A stretch of DNA of 64,000 bases, from contig MU053444.1 of assembly GCA_013239625.1 (NCBI GenBank), positions 265,822 to 329,821 on the forward strand, in the 5' to 3' direction. The first letter of the stretch is position 1, and each line of letters begins with the position of its first letter. Below, one piece after another: positions 38,651-52,400 of this stretch. Made by a program: the position numbers and the translations under genes. The notes beneath the pieces are model-generated. The model did not search any database, was not told the DNA's origin, and was given only the letters and a program-made list of their open reading frames with translations. This stretch comes from Lama guanicoe. Its lineage: Eukaryota.

Positions 38651-41600
38651 AAAATTATAACATGCTATCCCTAACCCATGCCCATGGATGGTGGAAAACC
38701 CACTGAGTTTTTATTGAGTTGTTTTCCAAGGTGTAGGGATGAGTTATAAACAGAACACATTTTCAGGGCAAAACAGTCGGAGGATTTTCCAGCAGGCCAG
38801 TCCGCTATGAAGGGTTTGCAATAGAGGCACCCAAAGGCTGAGAGAGAAAGCCTCCAGGACCCTATAAAAAGCTGCCCAAAGTGCCTTATCCATGGCACTA
38901 CTGAAATAGGAAAAACAAATCTGACTCCATATTAGATCTATTCCTTTCACTTTAACAAAGCCAAGTTAATACGCTCCGGTCTTTTCATGGGTTATGATGT
39001 CACAGAGGAGACAGACAGGTCAATGCGGAACCACTCTGCCGTGATCACGGAGCCAGGGAACGGGAAGGGCGGCAAGATGTATGATGCATCCGCAGCTGTG
39101 CCAGCGCTTCTAGGCAGGTACCCAAAGTCACCTCGACCAAGTGTCAAATGCTTGTGCCCACGACCTCATCACCTGACATGTATTAAAGAGAAATGGAAAC
39201 CTATAAAAGTCCAATATCCTTGGTGGGTACACCACCCAAAGAGCAAAGTCACAGTTTGACAACTGGCCATCTCGGTTCCCTGGGATTCATTCTTGGAGAA
39301 CCTAAAAAACCACTCCTCTGTCCTCAAGGAGTACTGCATATTCGTCCTATTTTTGGCTTAGGGATGGAGCACGTTCAAGTGAACTTCAATGTGTGCACGG
39401 ATTTGACTGTCTTTGTCCAGGTTCACTTGTCCATTCTAAAGAGACCTGACCTAAGTCCATCTTCCATAAGATCAATTCCCTCCAGTGAAAACTCATCGAG
39501 CCTGCAATTAAAAGCCAACTGAACAAGACTGTCCTCAGCTAAAAAGTTCACCCACTCTTACTGATATCTTAATCTCCTTTCCTAGCTAATTGCAACAGAC
39601 TAACACCTCCCACCACCAAGCTCGCCAACTATGTCAGTTTGTCTCCCCCAAGAGAAAATAAGGTCCATAAAAGACGAGACAACTCCATAGTCACCTCAGA
39701 ATTCCTAGCATATAGTAATGTCAATAAATAGAACTATGATTATGGCTTCTTTCCTTTAAAACCTTTCTGGTTATTAGAAAGAGGCCTTGGAAGAGTGGTG
39801 TTTGCGGTCCAGTATCTTGATCCACAAGACTCTGGAGGCCTTTCTCGGAATGGCTGTTAACTGATCCATTCAAAACACAACTTCTCATTCCAGGAGTATC
39901 TGTGTTTTTCTGCCAGGAGTTTGTGGTCACTCTCATGCCAGAACAACTTTAAATTATATCCTATTGAGGAATTTCCCTAGTACACCCTTTAGTAAACCAG
40001 GCTTCTTGGGATCTGCTTGGCCTTACATAAGATCAGCCATTCAACTCCCATTGTGAGAGGCCTGGGGCTCAACTCCTGCCATCCTGTCAAGGCATCTGAA
40101 AACCAGCTCAGGAGCCAAACGGCCCCCCAAGCACTTCTTAGGCTCATTTACTTCCCAGAATCCCTTTCTGGTTTCTCTTGGATTCTGAGTATTTCCCCTC
40201 ACTTTCTTGACAATTAGCTGTGCAGCTTGAAAGATGAGGAAGGAAGGTTTTATTTCTTAATCAGCATATTAAGCAACTTGTGTAATGAAGGTTTTAATGA
40301 GTTTCTATATCCCTCGATTACCAAGACAGGAAACACACTAGATAATTTCTAAATTTAGGTATCATGTGCATTTTTTCTTTGCTTTTGTTTTCTTAACTAA
40401 CACACATTTTTTAATTAAAAAAAATAAGGCCCCAAATAGTATAGAGCCTTGAAGTGGCATACAGAATTAAAGGGCAAAGACAGAAAAATGAGAAATAATC
40501 TACAAAGTTAATAAAATACATACACTATGGATCAGATCAGCAATTCTCAGTAACAGCTAATTGAAACATGACCATGAGGTAAAACTTCTATCCTGTCAGG
40601 AGATGGCCAACAGGAAATAGAATTAAAACAACAAATTAAAATTCTATGTGTGGAGAGGTACAGAAGGCTACCAGCTAAGTGTGTCTTCTTGTGGAAAAGA
40701 GGGAGGCTCACCAGCTCTTTACTGTGGAGCCTGAGCCCAGGGGACGGCGGTGAAGAACCGCCTTGTAAATATCCAATTAGGAAAGTGGGTGATGAATAAA
40801 GAGACGTGAGCTTTGGTGACAGAGATGATACTACTATTCACTTGTCCTGTAAAGTATGTCTTCACGTTCAGTGATCAATACCTCGGCGTCCTCAGGGATT
40901 GAGATTTTAGGAAAATGCACGGCCTGGGTCCAGACCTCCTCTTTGAGCTCGTGACATTGCACTTAGATGTCTCATGGGCACCTCCAATTCCACCGGCAAA
41001 GAGCTGATTTAATGGATCTCCTCCCATAGCCGTCCTTCCCAGGGCCAACAGTCGGGGGGCAAAGTCTCCCTGCTTCTCCCAGCTCGGGCTCATCACTCAG
41101 AGATGTGACTGGACCCATCCTTCAGGGCCCAGATTTCCTCAGTCACCGAGCCCCACCACCCACACCTGTCCTACCAGGTACTCACTGGCACTCAGCACTG
41201 ACTCTGTGCTGGGTTCCATGCTGCAAACTGTGCACATGTTATCTCACTGGATCTCCACAGCAGTCCTGGGAAGTCGGTACATCACTGCTTTAATTCATTG
41301 GATAAATTGTTTCACTTCCTTCCATGAGTCATCCAAAGCCACAAACCTGGGACTGAAAAGTACTTGAAAAATGAACACTGCTACACCTCGCAGCCACCTT
41401 ACTCTGACTCATCACATCACCTCCTGCCGAGCCTTCTAAATGTTTCCAAGCATTCTACAATACAAAATTGATCTACGAGAGCACCCCACTCCCCTACTTA
41501 AAATCTGTCAATGACGGTCCACTGCCCTTAAGGGAAAGCCCCACCGGGCCTGAGCACAGCCCAATGGCCCGGCATCTTCAATCCCTGTGCGGTCGCACCA

Positions 41601-43933
41601 CCTCACCCACCAGGCAGCTCTACACTGGCCGTGTCAAGGACAAGGATGCTGACTCCGTATAACCTGGGGCTCATCTCACTCGAACAATGATCACCTTCTT
41701 CAGTGGTCACCCTCTTCATTGCTGACTCTCAAAAAAATGGTTTTTAAGGATGAATCAGTATCTTTTTCCTTACAACTTCCAGTCATTGATAATGAGCTCC
41801 CCCCAAAAGAGAGAAGACTTAATCCTCAGTCTCCTTATCTGTAAAGTGGGAATAACAAGGAAATATGTGAGGTTTTCAGAGAAATAAAATTCATGTGAGT
41901 CTGAGGGACAATTCCCAACATACAGAAAGCACTCAATATGTGCTTATGTAGTATTAATAAGAATATGTTGCATTCCAGCAACCTTAAATCAATGTTTTAT
42001 GGCTTTGTCCTACAGACTACAGACAAACTGTTGGAAGAAATCCTTTGAGCAGATCAGCACAAGTGTACTGGGAGAGGTAAGCGCTGATTCCATTTACAGC
42101 TGCAGCCAACCAGCACAACGGGGCGGGGGCAGTTGCTCAAACTCTTACATGTTGCTTGAGCATTTAGTTGTCGTTATTGACTAAAGACATGTGTTCTTTA
42201 GTCAAAGCTCCTGAAACATAAATCTTCAAAGATTGATGCAAATTTGGTTTCAAGTACAACACTCTCACTGGAAATTATTTGAAAATGATAGTCTTAGCTC
42301 CTCTGCACATCAAAAGGGCATGTTCTTAATGTATCTGACTAAATACACCGAAACGGTTGTTTAAAAGAAATTAAGATGAAGCCATCCTGAATAAGCTCTC
42401 AGTATCATCTGCACAAAGCCTCACCCAAGGGTCTCATTTCTCACTTCCACATAGGTGTTCAGGTAGCCTAACTTGGGTCTTGGATTCTTATAACATGGGG
42501 GTGGGAAGAGATGTGGATAGATTTATGTAGCAAATTTAAACCTAGGGTATTTGCTGTGTATGAATCCTAGAAATAAACAAATTGGCATATAGTCCCACCC
42601 TTAAGAAGTTCAGCTTTTCCATTTACAACAGCATTAAAAATAAGAGATACATTTAACAAAAATTTACAAGATTTGTACATTGAATATTTTGAAGTATCAC
42701 TGAAAAAATATTTAAAAGATCTACATATATGGAAGACATCCCATGTTCATGGAATGGTAGACAATATTATTAAAAATGTTAAGACTCCCCAAAGTGATCT
42801 ACAAATTCAGTGGAATCCCTATCAAAATTCCAGCTGACTTCTTTGCAAAAATTAAAAAACTGATACCAAAATTCATATGGAAGTACAAGGGGCCCAGGAC
42901 AGACAAAACAATTTTGAAAAAGAAGAACAAAGTTGAAGACTCACTTTAAAGTTTACTAAAAAGCTATAGTACTCAAGTCAGTATAGTTCTGGCATAAGTT
43001 TGGATAAATAAATCAATGAGACTCAATAAAACCCAGGGGGGAAAACTTACATTTATAGGCAGTTTTCCACAAGAGTGCCAAAAACATTCCATTGAAACAA
43101 TAGTCTATTCAACAAATGGTGCAGGGACAGCTGGGTATCTGCAGGCAAAATAATGAATCTGGAGTCTGGAGCCCCATATTGTATATAACAAATAAAAATT
43201 AATTCAAAATGGATCACAGACAGAAAGAGAATAACTAAACCTATAAACTTTCTAAAAGAAGACACAATTAAATCTTTGTGGTCCTAGGATAGGTTTTGGT
43301 TTCCTAGATACAATACCAAGAGCAGAAGTGACAGAAGGTAAAGGCAGATAAACTGGACTTCATCAAAATTAAAACCTTTTTCTTACAAAGGACATCATCA
43401 AGAAAGTGAAACTGCAGGAGAAGGGGGTTTCTCAGGTGAAAGAGTGTGTGCTTAGCAAGAAAAATAAAATAAATCAATGCATCTAATTACCTCCCCTATA
43501 AAGAAATTGTTTTAATGTTTAAGAAAACTAAAGTGAAAAGACAATCTGCAGAATAGGAAAAACATTTTACAAAGCATATATGTAATAAGAGACTAGTATC
43601 CAAGATATATAACAAATGCTTACAACTGAACAATACAAAGAAAATCGACCCAATTTTTAAATTTACCAAGGATTTAAATAGATACACAAATGTCCAATAA
43701 GCATATGAAAAGATGCTCAGCATCACTAGCCAAATCAATATCAAAATGCGATCTCATTTTACACCTAATAGGACCGTTATAATCAAACATGGACAATAAC
43801 AAGTGTCGTTCAGGAGGAAGAGATACCTTATATGCGGCCATTGGAAAGGGACAATGGTGCAGCTTCTTTGTAGAAGTCTGGTGTTTCCTCAAAATGTTAG
43901 AGTTATATGGCTCAGCAATTCCATTCCTACATA

Positions 43934-44078
43934 TTGAGTCATCCCTCAGTATCCTCGGGGGGTTGGTTTCAGGAACCCCCCACCCTGGATACCATAATCC
44001 AAGGATGTTCGAGTCACTTTAAAATCAGCCATTTCGATCCATGAATTGGAAACTACACATAAGGCGGGCCAACTCTAC
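43934..44078 (+). mobile_element. MER2-like TcMar-Tigger MITE
   Basis: gtcatccctcagtatcctcgggggg ttggtttcaggaacccc...ggataccataatccaaggatgttcgagtc...gcgggccaactcta, nested in the L1. Confidence 0.7.
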
Positions 44079-44205
44079 AGCCAAAATAATGAAAACTTAT
44101 TCTCACAGAAACTTGTACATCAATATTCATAGCAGTATCATTCAGAGTAGCCAAAAGTTACAAACAATATCCATCCATCAATGAATGGATAAACAAAATT
44201 ACCAA

Positions 44206-45300
44206 GCATAGTCCCACAAACTTTTGGTCTTTGAATTTTTGACAAAGAAGATGAGAACATACATTAGAGTAAAGACAGCCTCTTCAGCAAATGGTGTAGG
44301 AAAAACTGGACAGCTGCATGTAAATCAATGAAGTTAGACTACTCCCTCACAGCATACACAAAAATAAATTCAAAATGGCTTAAAGACTTAAATACGTAGA
44401 CAATACGCTTTAAACCTCTTAGAAGAAAACATAGGCAAATCATCTGACATACATCTCAGCAATGTTCTCCTAGAGCAGTCTACTCAAGCAATAGAAATAC
44501 AAGCAAATATATACAAGTGGGATCTAATTAAACTTACAAGCTTTTGAACAGCAAAGGAAACAGTAAGCAAAACAAAAAGACAATGTATGGAATGGAAGAA
44601 AATATTTGCAATGAATGAAATTGGCAAGGGCTTAATTCCCAGAATATGTAAACAACTTTTACACTTGACAAGAAAGAAAAGCAAACAATTCAATCCAAAA
44701 ATGGGCTGAAGACCTAAAAAAACATTTCTCCAATGAAAACATACAAATGGCCAATAGGCACATGAAAAAACGCTCAATGTCATAATCAGAGAAATGCAAA
44801 TTAAAACTGCAATCAAGTATCACCTCTCACCATTCAGAATAGCCATTATTAAGATGTTCACAAACAATAAATGCTGGAGAGGCTGTGGAGAATAGGGAAT
44901 GCTCCTACAGTGTGGTGAGAATGCAGTTTGGTGGAGCCATTGTGGAAAAGAATATAGAGGGTCCTCAAAAGACAAAAAACTGACCTCCCATATGACCCAG
45001 CAATCCCACTCCTGGGCTTATATCCAGAAGGAACCCTAATTCAAAAAGACACCTACACCCCAATGTTCAGAGTAGCACTATTTACAATAGCAAGACATGG
45101 AAATAACCTAAATGTCCACTGAGAGATGACTGGATAAAGAGATTGTAGTATATTTGTACATTAGACTACTAGTCATCCATAAAATAATAATAAATTAATG
45201 CCATTTGCAGCAGTATGAATGGACCTGCAGAATGACATTCTAAGTGAAGTAAGCCAGAAAGAGAAAGAAAAATACCATATGAGATCGTTCACATGTGGAA

Positions 45301-45373
<73 letters not shown>

Positions 45374-45727
45374 CAAACAAAAAGATAAGCTTATCTACAG
45401 AACAGAAACAGACACAGAGACATAGAAACCAAACAATGGTTACCAGAGGGGAGAGGATATGGGAAGGAATAAATTGGGAGTTCAAGATTTGCAGATACCG
45501 ACTATGCATAGAATAAGCAGCAAATTTATACTGTATAGCACAGGAAAACATATAAAATATCTTATAGTAACTTATGTTTAAAAAGTATATGAAACTGAAT
45601 ACAGGTATGTTCCTATATAACTGAAGTGTTGTGCTGTACACCAGAAACTGATGCAGCATTATAAACTGACTAGACTTCAATTAAAATATGTTTAAATAGA
45701 CTAAAAACGAACAAAAAGAAAAAGGAT
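44206..45727 (+). mobile_element. Younger 5'-truncated L1 (end of ORF2 plus 3' UTR) inserted in the old L1
   Basis: Better-preserved L1 sequence (aaagacagcctcttcagcaaatggtg; tatgacccagcaatcccactcctggg). Candidate TSD ATTACCAA at 44198-44205 and 45728-45735. Internal A-tract at about 45304-45372. Confidence 0.88.
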
Positions 45728-46189
45728 ATTACCAAACCAAAAGAATAAAGTACTGATTCAGGCTACAACATGGATGAACCTTGAAACTTTATGCTAAAAT
45801 AAGCCAGACACAAAGGGCTAATAGTGCCCCTTTAGGTGAACTGTATCTAAGCGTTTCTTGTACTATTCCTGTAAATTTTCCAGAGGTTTGAATTCTATCA
45901 AAATCAAAATAAAACGTATTATTCGTTAAAAACATAAAATGATTCCTCACAGGTGGGCTTCAATTATTAAATGCAGAAATGCATGTAAAGCTCCTGGAAC
46001 AACAATACGCGTGTCCACAGATAGTCACTGCTGTCACTGCCACTCAGAGGTTGGTACCAGCGCTAATGAGAGCTGCCTCCACTCGCTGCCCAGCAGGCAG
46101 GCGTGAGGGCCTGGGCTCTGACAGGCAGGGCGACCATGAACCTGGGTCAGACACAGCCACACACCAGACTCTGCATTACCCAACTTTCT

Positions 46190-46380
46190 TATACAAACTG
46201 CTACATGTAACATAATCACGCTACAGGGATGTATCTTACAACACAGGGAATATAGCCAATGTTTTACAGAAACTATAAAAGGAGCATAACATTAAAAATT
46301 GTGCATCTATTGAACACCCTGAAACTTATATCATATTGTAAATCAGCTATAACTTTATAAAAATTAAAAAATAATTTTAA
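46190..46380 (+). mobile_element. L1 3' tail
   Basis: acaacacagggaatatagccaatgttttacagaaactataaaaggag...aattgtgcatc...cctgaaacttatatcatattgtaaatcagctata. Confidence 0.8.
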
Positions 46381-46719
46381 AATGTTATCACTTTAATATT
46401 CCATTCGGTTTTTAAGTAACTGCTAAACAGCTTAGAATGTATAAAAGCATTTAAGTGTGATAAATTTGCTTACATATATATTTATTTTCAGCTTCCTGCT
46501 AAAAGAGAATTTAAACAATTTTTTAAACACAGCTTTACACCCTTAACAACAAAAAGACAAAAGTGAGAGTGAAGAGAAAATGGAGATTCAATACTTAAAT
46601 GAAACCAGGGGGAGGTAAAGTCATAAAAACGGATGCCATGAAGTCAGGGTAAGTGTTAAAGGCCGACTAGAAATTCAGCTGGAAGATTCTTGGCAGCTAA
46701 AGCAAAAAGAAAAAGATGA

Positions 46720-46860
46720 TGGGCTGGTGGTAGAGCTCAGTGGTAGAGCGAGTGCTTAGCATGCACGGGGTTCTGGGGTCAAGCCCCAGGGCCTCAACTA
46801 ACAGATAAAGACACCTAAATGCCTAACCCCTAAAAAGAGCCCCAAAGAAAAGGAAAAGAC
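46720..46860 (+). mobile_element. Vic-1-like SINE
   Basis: tagagctcagtggtagagcgagtgcttagcatgcacggggttctggggtcaagccccag, a tRNA-Ala-like head with A and B boxes. Confidence 0.85.
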
Positions 46861-46936
46861 TAATTTCTTTACAAAAAAATCTGATATTAAATTTCGATTA
46901 AATACTTAAAAAAAAAGAAAAATAGAAAAAGATGTG

Positions 46937-48283
46937 TGACACAAGCGATAATGCCCGTGAGATAAATCTGCGGTGGCTGCTGGCAGGTCCCCATGTCCCA
47001 TGTGGGAAAATTTGATACATCCTTCTCACCACTCAGTCATCCTCAGCCCACACTACACCTCCCCCTGTTAAATGCAGGAGCACAGGCTGTGCCAGGCCTT
47101 TGCTCTCTCTGTGTCATCACAGTGAGACAGGATGGAAGGGGGCAGAGCACAGCCATTCAAGGAAAGCCACAGTAATTAATATCAAAATGGTGAAGCATTC
47201 AACCCCCAACAGGCCTTGAGGCTCAGGATGAAGAGATTTAACTTCCAGCAGATCTTGAGCATCATTATACACCCATTGTAATAGTAACATGGTGAATAAC
47301 ACGCCCCCAGGCACCATGGCAGTCCCAAGGCTAGCCACAAAATGTCAAAGGGTGGGAAATGGCCAACTCCCAGGGAACTCCATCCTCTTGCCCTTAGGCA
47401 GGTCCTTCTACTTATTAGCATATGAAACCAACAAGCCCATGAAAACCAGCAACACAGCGCCACCTCGCGGGCACCCCCCTCTCTCCCTCTTCGGAGAAGT
47501 CCCACACTCTCTCTGTGGAGTGTGTACCTCCTTTTTTTCTTTTAGTTAGCATTAAAGATTTTTATTTCAAAATACAGACGTTTTCTAAGCATTACAGCCA
47601 ACGGATGACCCTTAAAAGTCAGCAAGTCTTTGCTTAAGCTTTAGCGCTAGTTCTAACAGATTTCATACTCAATAAAAAAAAAAAAAGAAACAAAGAAAGA
47701 AGAAATTGAAAAAAATTAAAAACCCTGCCATATTTGAAAGAATTAAGTTCAACAATGGTCAACTTTCAAGTAAAAATGCATTTCACACAATGTAGAGAAA
47801 ATGCTCAAAAAGGGTTTTATATCTGGAACCACCCCTTGAAAACTTCCTCACATTCTTTTTTTTTTAAACATTTTTTATTGATTTATAATCATTTTAAATT
47901 TTGTGCCAAATTCCAGGGTTCAGCACAATTTTTCAGTCAAACATGTACATATAAACACTCATTGTCACATTTTTTCTGTTAGTTACCACAAAGTTTGTGT
48001 AAATTTCCCTGTGCTATACAGTATAATCTTATTTATCTATTCTACAATTTTGAAATCCCAGTACCTACTTTTTAATCTGAGCATCCAACCCCATAACGTC
48101 GTGGCGTTTCTCTTGCCTTTCAATGTATCTCTCTGAATAAATCTACCTTTACTCAACAGTGGCTTGCTTTTGAATTCTTTCTGGAATGAAAACAAGGACC
48201 CACATCTGACGAGGCACCTCCCAGGGGCTCAACCAATGCCTGGGGCACAGCCCTTCTCATGCCCCAGGTTTTTTCTTGTATCA
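46937..48283 (+). mobile_element. Solo LTR interrupted by an L1 insertion
   Basis: Inverted termini TGACACAAG...CTTGTATCA. R/U5-like ctctctgtggagtgtgtac...ctctctgaataaatctacc with AATAAA at 48136-48141. Split at 47524-48073. Confidence 0.7.
47524..48073 (-). mobile_element. Truncated L1 3' end with about 310 bp of 3'-transduced sequence
   Basis: TSD gtacct(c/a)cttttt at 47524-47536 and 48061-48073, ending in TTTTT/AA. L1 3' end at 47856-48060 with its own A-tail, then non-L1 sequence, a minus-strand AATAAA at 47561-47566 and a second A-tail at 47532-47543. Confidence 0.78.
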
Positions 48284-51200
48284 ATAGGACTGGGTTGTGA
48301 AGGGAGCTCTGAGGCCCCAGCTAAGGGACAGATGTAGCCCCCAGGGCTCGAATTGGCGGGCAGCCTCTCCCCCAGCAGAGGCCTGGGGTCTGCTCAGTTC
48401 TCTGTGGTTCTCTGTTGTGCTGACTCCACAGCCAGACAGCGTTCTCCCTAGGCCTATCCCCACAAAACCCTTCTCTACGAAATACAAACACATCATGTCA
48501 CAGTCCTCTTGTTCAACCAGGAAATGTTCAGCCCACGTTTTCCTTCCCCAGTAAAAACCTAACTGTCTTCCCTCCCATCCGACCACTTCTTTCTTTGTGA
48601 GAACTCTGCACTCCCCACACACCATCCTGAACCAGCAGGTGCCTTGCCGGCTGGGACCGAAATGTTTCAGTCTCACACAGCCTGCGTCCTTTCACTTTCC
48701 CCTTGCTACCTTAAAAATGTCTTTCCTGAGTCTCCCAACCCTCTGATTCTGAATTAAACAAAGTGCTGAGGTTACAGTCACTGTGTGCATACATCCCAGG
48801 TTTTGCCTAGGTTTCCTTCGCAAGATCTTCATTAAGGAGCTGCATCAAGACGTTTAAAGAGGCTAGTCTTACATCTGAGCGGATGAGCCTGCATAAAATT
48901 TAAAAGGCTTTGAAGAGAGAGTTAACCAGGGACAGAGAGGTCGCAGGTCCTAGTCAAAAGTGTCATGAGGCAAAATGTTCTTCAAAGGCTGAGAGTGGCT
49001 TCTGAACACGGAGTCGACAGGGAGGACGTGCCAGGCAGTGTGTGGGGTGAGTGACACAGGGTTGGCTCCCCCAGATGGGGAAGAATTGGTTTTATTCTAT
49101 TTTTCCAAAAAATTTCTTACTACCTTTTTCTCCTATTGTCACATACCATTTCCTACGAATTAAGAAAATCAATGTCAGTCATTTGGGCCACTTGGGAGAA
49201 GCTACACGATGCCATTCACAGGGCTGGGACATGACAGCTACACCAGTCTAGGTTGAAAGGGCAGTGAGGGTATTTCCAAGGTGATCACTAGCATGCAGCA
49301 AACTCCCCAGCTTCAATGACCTCATCTCAAAGTTGGGGCCAATAAAACTACCAAGCAAAGTGCGTGATGATTATGGCCGACATCTGTTTACTAGGTAAGT
49401 GCCCATGAGAGCTGCCGCTTAATGGGGAATAAGAATGATCAATGAGGCCCAGTCTACCTGGTCACACGCTCCCTGCCTTCCTGCCTTGGTGCAGCAGCAG
49501 AGCTTATTTAGCTGAGATGAACGCCCCCAGAGCAGCCCCGACGGGAAAGCTCCCAGCGCTGCACAGCGAGGCGTGTTCCTTTCCTTCTCAGAGCTTATCA
49601 CAGTTTGCAGTCGTCTGTTTTTATTTTTATAACTTTTGTAACTGCCTCCCCTCCGGAGATTTTGCTCAAGTAGCACAGGGCCAGGTGTGTCTTGCTGCCT
49701 GCTGGATATTCTGGGCTGGGTGACAGCTGACCCCACATCTCGCTCTGGTGCTTAACGAAGAGGGTAGAAGTCCCGGGGCCCATGCCAAATCGTGGCCCCT
49801 GCACCCAAAATTATGGTCTAACTTTGGACAAATTACACAGTCTTCATTACCTTGAGATTTTTCATCTGTCCATGAAAATAACTGCCCATGGCACACAGAG
49901 TTACAAGGATTAAAGTAAATCACCAAATTCACAACGTATTCAAGGGGCTACCAGTGCGCCCTCAACAGACACATGCTGCCTTTACGGCTCTGATACACGC
50001 CAATCGGGGCGGCCGCACACAGTAAACACGGCTAAGTGCCAGTGTGTTAAGTGCTTCATGTGTGTTATAATACACTTTACAACTTTCAACAATCCCAGGA
50101 ACAAACAAATTTTATCATGCTCATTTCACTGATTCACCAACAGCTTAAGAGAAGTTACATTCTAGTCCAAGGCGCTATGGTGAGAAAATGGCGATTTAAA
50201 CCTGAATCTGGGCCCATGCCTGGGTTCCATCTCTCTCCCATCCACCTGACAACTTGCCTATGAAATCCACCTGTCCCATACACAATTTGTAGCTGGCCAG
50301 CTCTTAAATGTATTGTGTTCCACCTTTTGTCAATGTTGGTTAATTACCATAAATTGTTCTCAGAAACCGCTACAGAAAAGAAAGGTGGACTCACGTCCCT
50401 GCCCACAAAGAAAAGGAAATCTGCCTTCTCCTGTAATGTGCAAAAACCCTTCCCTACACCACCAAATACTTTTGTATGCTTCCTCCATGTTTATGTTTGC
50501 ACACGGCTGATTAAAGTAGAAGATACCTGCAGTAAATTCATCTCGGTTGCTTTCCAAGTTTGCAGATTATCCATAATCAGTCTGTGAATGAAAATATTAC
50601 AATGTGAATGAAAATAATGCAACAATGTCAGTAAACAAAGAATGCTGAACGCAAGTCATCAGTGGCTGCAAACACACCCCCGCAAGGACAGACCTGCAGC
50701 CCAGCCTCGGCAGCCACTCACAACGGTGCCCTCTGAGCACACTCAAAATAAGAAAGGACAGGATACCGACCCTAGATAGCTAGGTGCTTGTCTAAAAAAT
50801 GAATTCAGTGAGTCCAAATGTTTGCTTCCTCCCATACACATAAAAGCACTAAATTCTTGAAATTGGCATGCCTGGATTTCTTTAGATAACAAGCAATCTT
50901 TTATTGTTCCAACTTCCTGGTCTTTGTTGTGAAGCTTCTGTATATCCTAGCTCCTCCCCAACTTCTTCGGTGCAGTCCCTCAGAGCAATCTAAGAGGCTG
51001 TCATCCCAGCTGAAGTCCTCCTGTCAAATAAAACTTAATTCTTAACTTTTAGGCTGCACGTGTATTTCAGTCAACAGTTTTGGAAACCATGAAGGGACCC
51101 AGAGCAGACTTCTCTCCAACTGAAGTCTCCAAGTAACTGGAGCCTTGGTACCTGCAGTGGCACTTTGTGCCCATCCGACTCCTCGGGGAGTCCAGATGAA

Positions 51201-52353
51201 TTTGGGTGAGTCTCTCCTGGTTCTAGGATCTCCCATATGGGTTGATGATCCTGAGTTTTAGTTGGCATTGTATCCAGGTAGCTGGCCCTCCAGTTGAAAG
51301 ATACTGGGGGGAATTACCCACCCAGTGGAGACATGCTGAGTGGGACCTGTTTGAAAGATAAGAGGAAACACCTACCTTGAGGAGACGTCCAAGTTGGGGC
51401 TGGTGGAAACATACCAGGAAAATACTCACCCAGTGGAGATGTCCTGAGTTGGTCCAATTTGGAAGACACTGGGTTCATGTCTGAGTGGTTAGGTAAGAGG
51501 GTCGTCTAATGTTTTCCTCAATTTGGTTACCTCTACTGAATTTTTTGGAATTAAAGTAAAACTCTTATGAGGAAACTTTCAACTCCAAAAATGGGACCCT
51601 CTTCCTGGCTGATAAGTTTTCTTCGGTGACAGAGAAACTTGCAGGATTGGTAGAGGCAAATACTTCATGCCATAGGGTTGTCCCTGCGGAAAAACTTACT
51701 GGCAATTTTATTTTGAAAACCCGACCTTAGAATGGGGAATAGAATTTTCAAAAAAAGAAAAAAATTAAAAAGAAAAGAAAAGAAAAGGAAAAGAAATGAC
51801 AGATTGCCAGCCTCCAACAAATACCACAGTCAGGTTTATATACGTAGAAAACTTACAACATTAATTGGAAATTAGAAAAAAAATCTCACTCTGAAAGTAA
51901 CTAACCAGGCCTGTTAAAATCATTTTTAGGAATTCTGAACTTATAAAACAAAATCCCCTTTAGGGGGAACTTGGATTTCTCTTCCTATGTCCTTGAAATG
52001 TAAAAGTTTTATCTTTATCTGGGTAATTTATGTTTGTGTACATATGTATATATGTGTTTCCTTTTTTTTTAAAGGAAACCTTGGACTCTGCCATACAAAA
52101 AGTAGAAGTATTTTGTACATATGGTGGCCACGCAAATAAATTGGGATTCTCAACAATCCTTTGATTGTACCAATTTTCAGATATTTTCCCATCTTAACCT
52201 TTGTTTCATCAGCCTGGATCACAAAGGCCTTTAGCTTTTGGAGAGTAAACTTTTGAATTTTATTTAGGCAACACGCCTACTCTCATGTGGAAAAGCCTCT
52301 TCATCTTATTGGTTTAAAATATATATATTTTTTATTTTATTATATATATATAT

Positions 52354-52400
52354 NNNNNNNNNNNNNNNNNNNNNNNNNNNNNNNNNNNNNNNNNNNNNNN
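52354..52400. other. Assembly gap (N run)
   Basis: 47 Ns after a (TA)n run. Confidence 1.

Larger units (their letters stand above)
42610..45800 (+). mobile_element. Old L1M(B) ORF2-3' fragment hosting nested insertions
   Basis: L1 motifs gaagacatcccatgttcatggaatgg, tattcaacaaatggtgcagggac, aaactggacttcatcaaaattaaaac. It resumes after 45730 (gctacaacatggatgaaccttgaaac). Contains a truncated Vic-1-like SINE at about 43418-43500. Confidence 0.85.

Noticed and set aside
42000..42100. Possible exon 8 remnant (gatcagc...ggagagg...gcgctga)
   Set aside because: Patchy similarity that needs several large gaps and has no matching splice sites; indistinguishable from chance by eye.
45240..45680. Poly-Lys and poly-Phe ORFs
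   Set aside because: Translations of an A-tract of about 70 nt within the L1 3' UTR.
46720..46795. tRNA-Ala gene
   Set aside because: No paired acceptor stem, and it is followed by a SINE body and tail; a SINE, not a tRNA.
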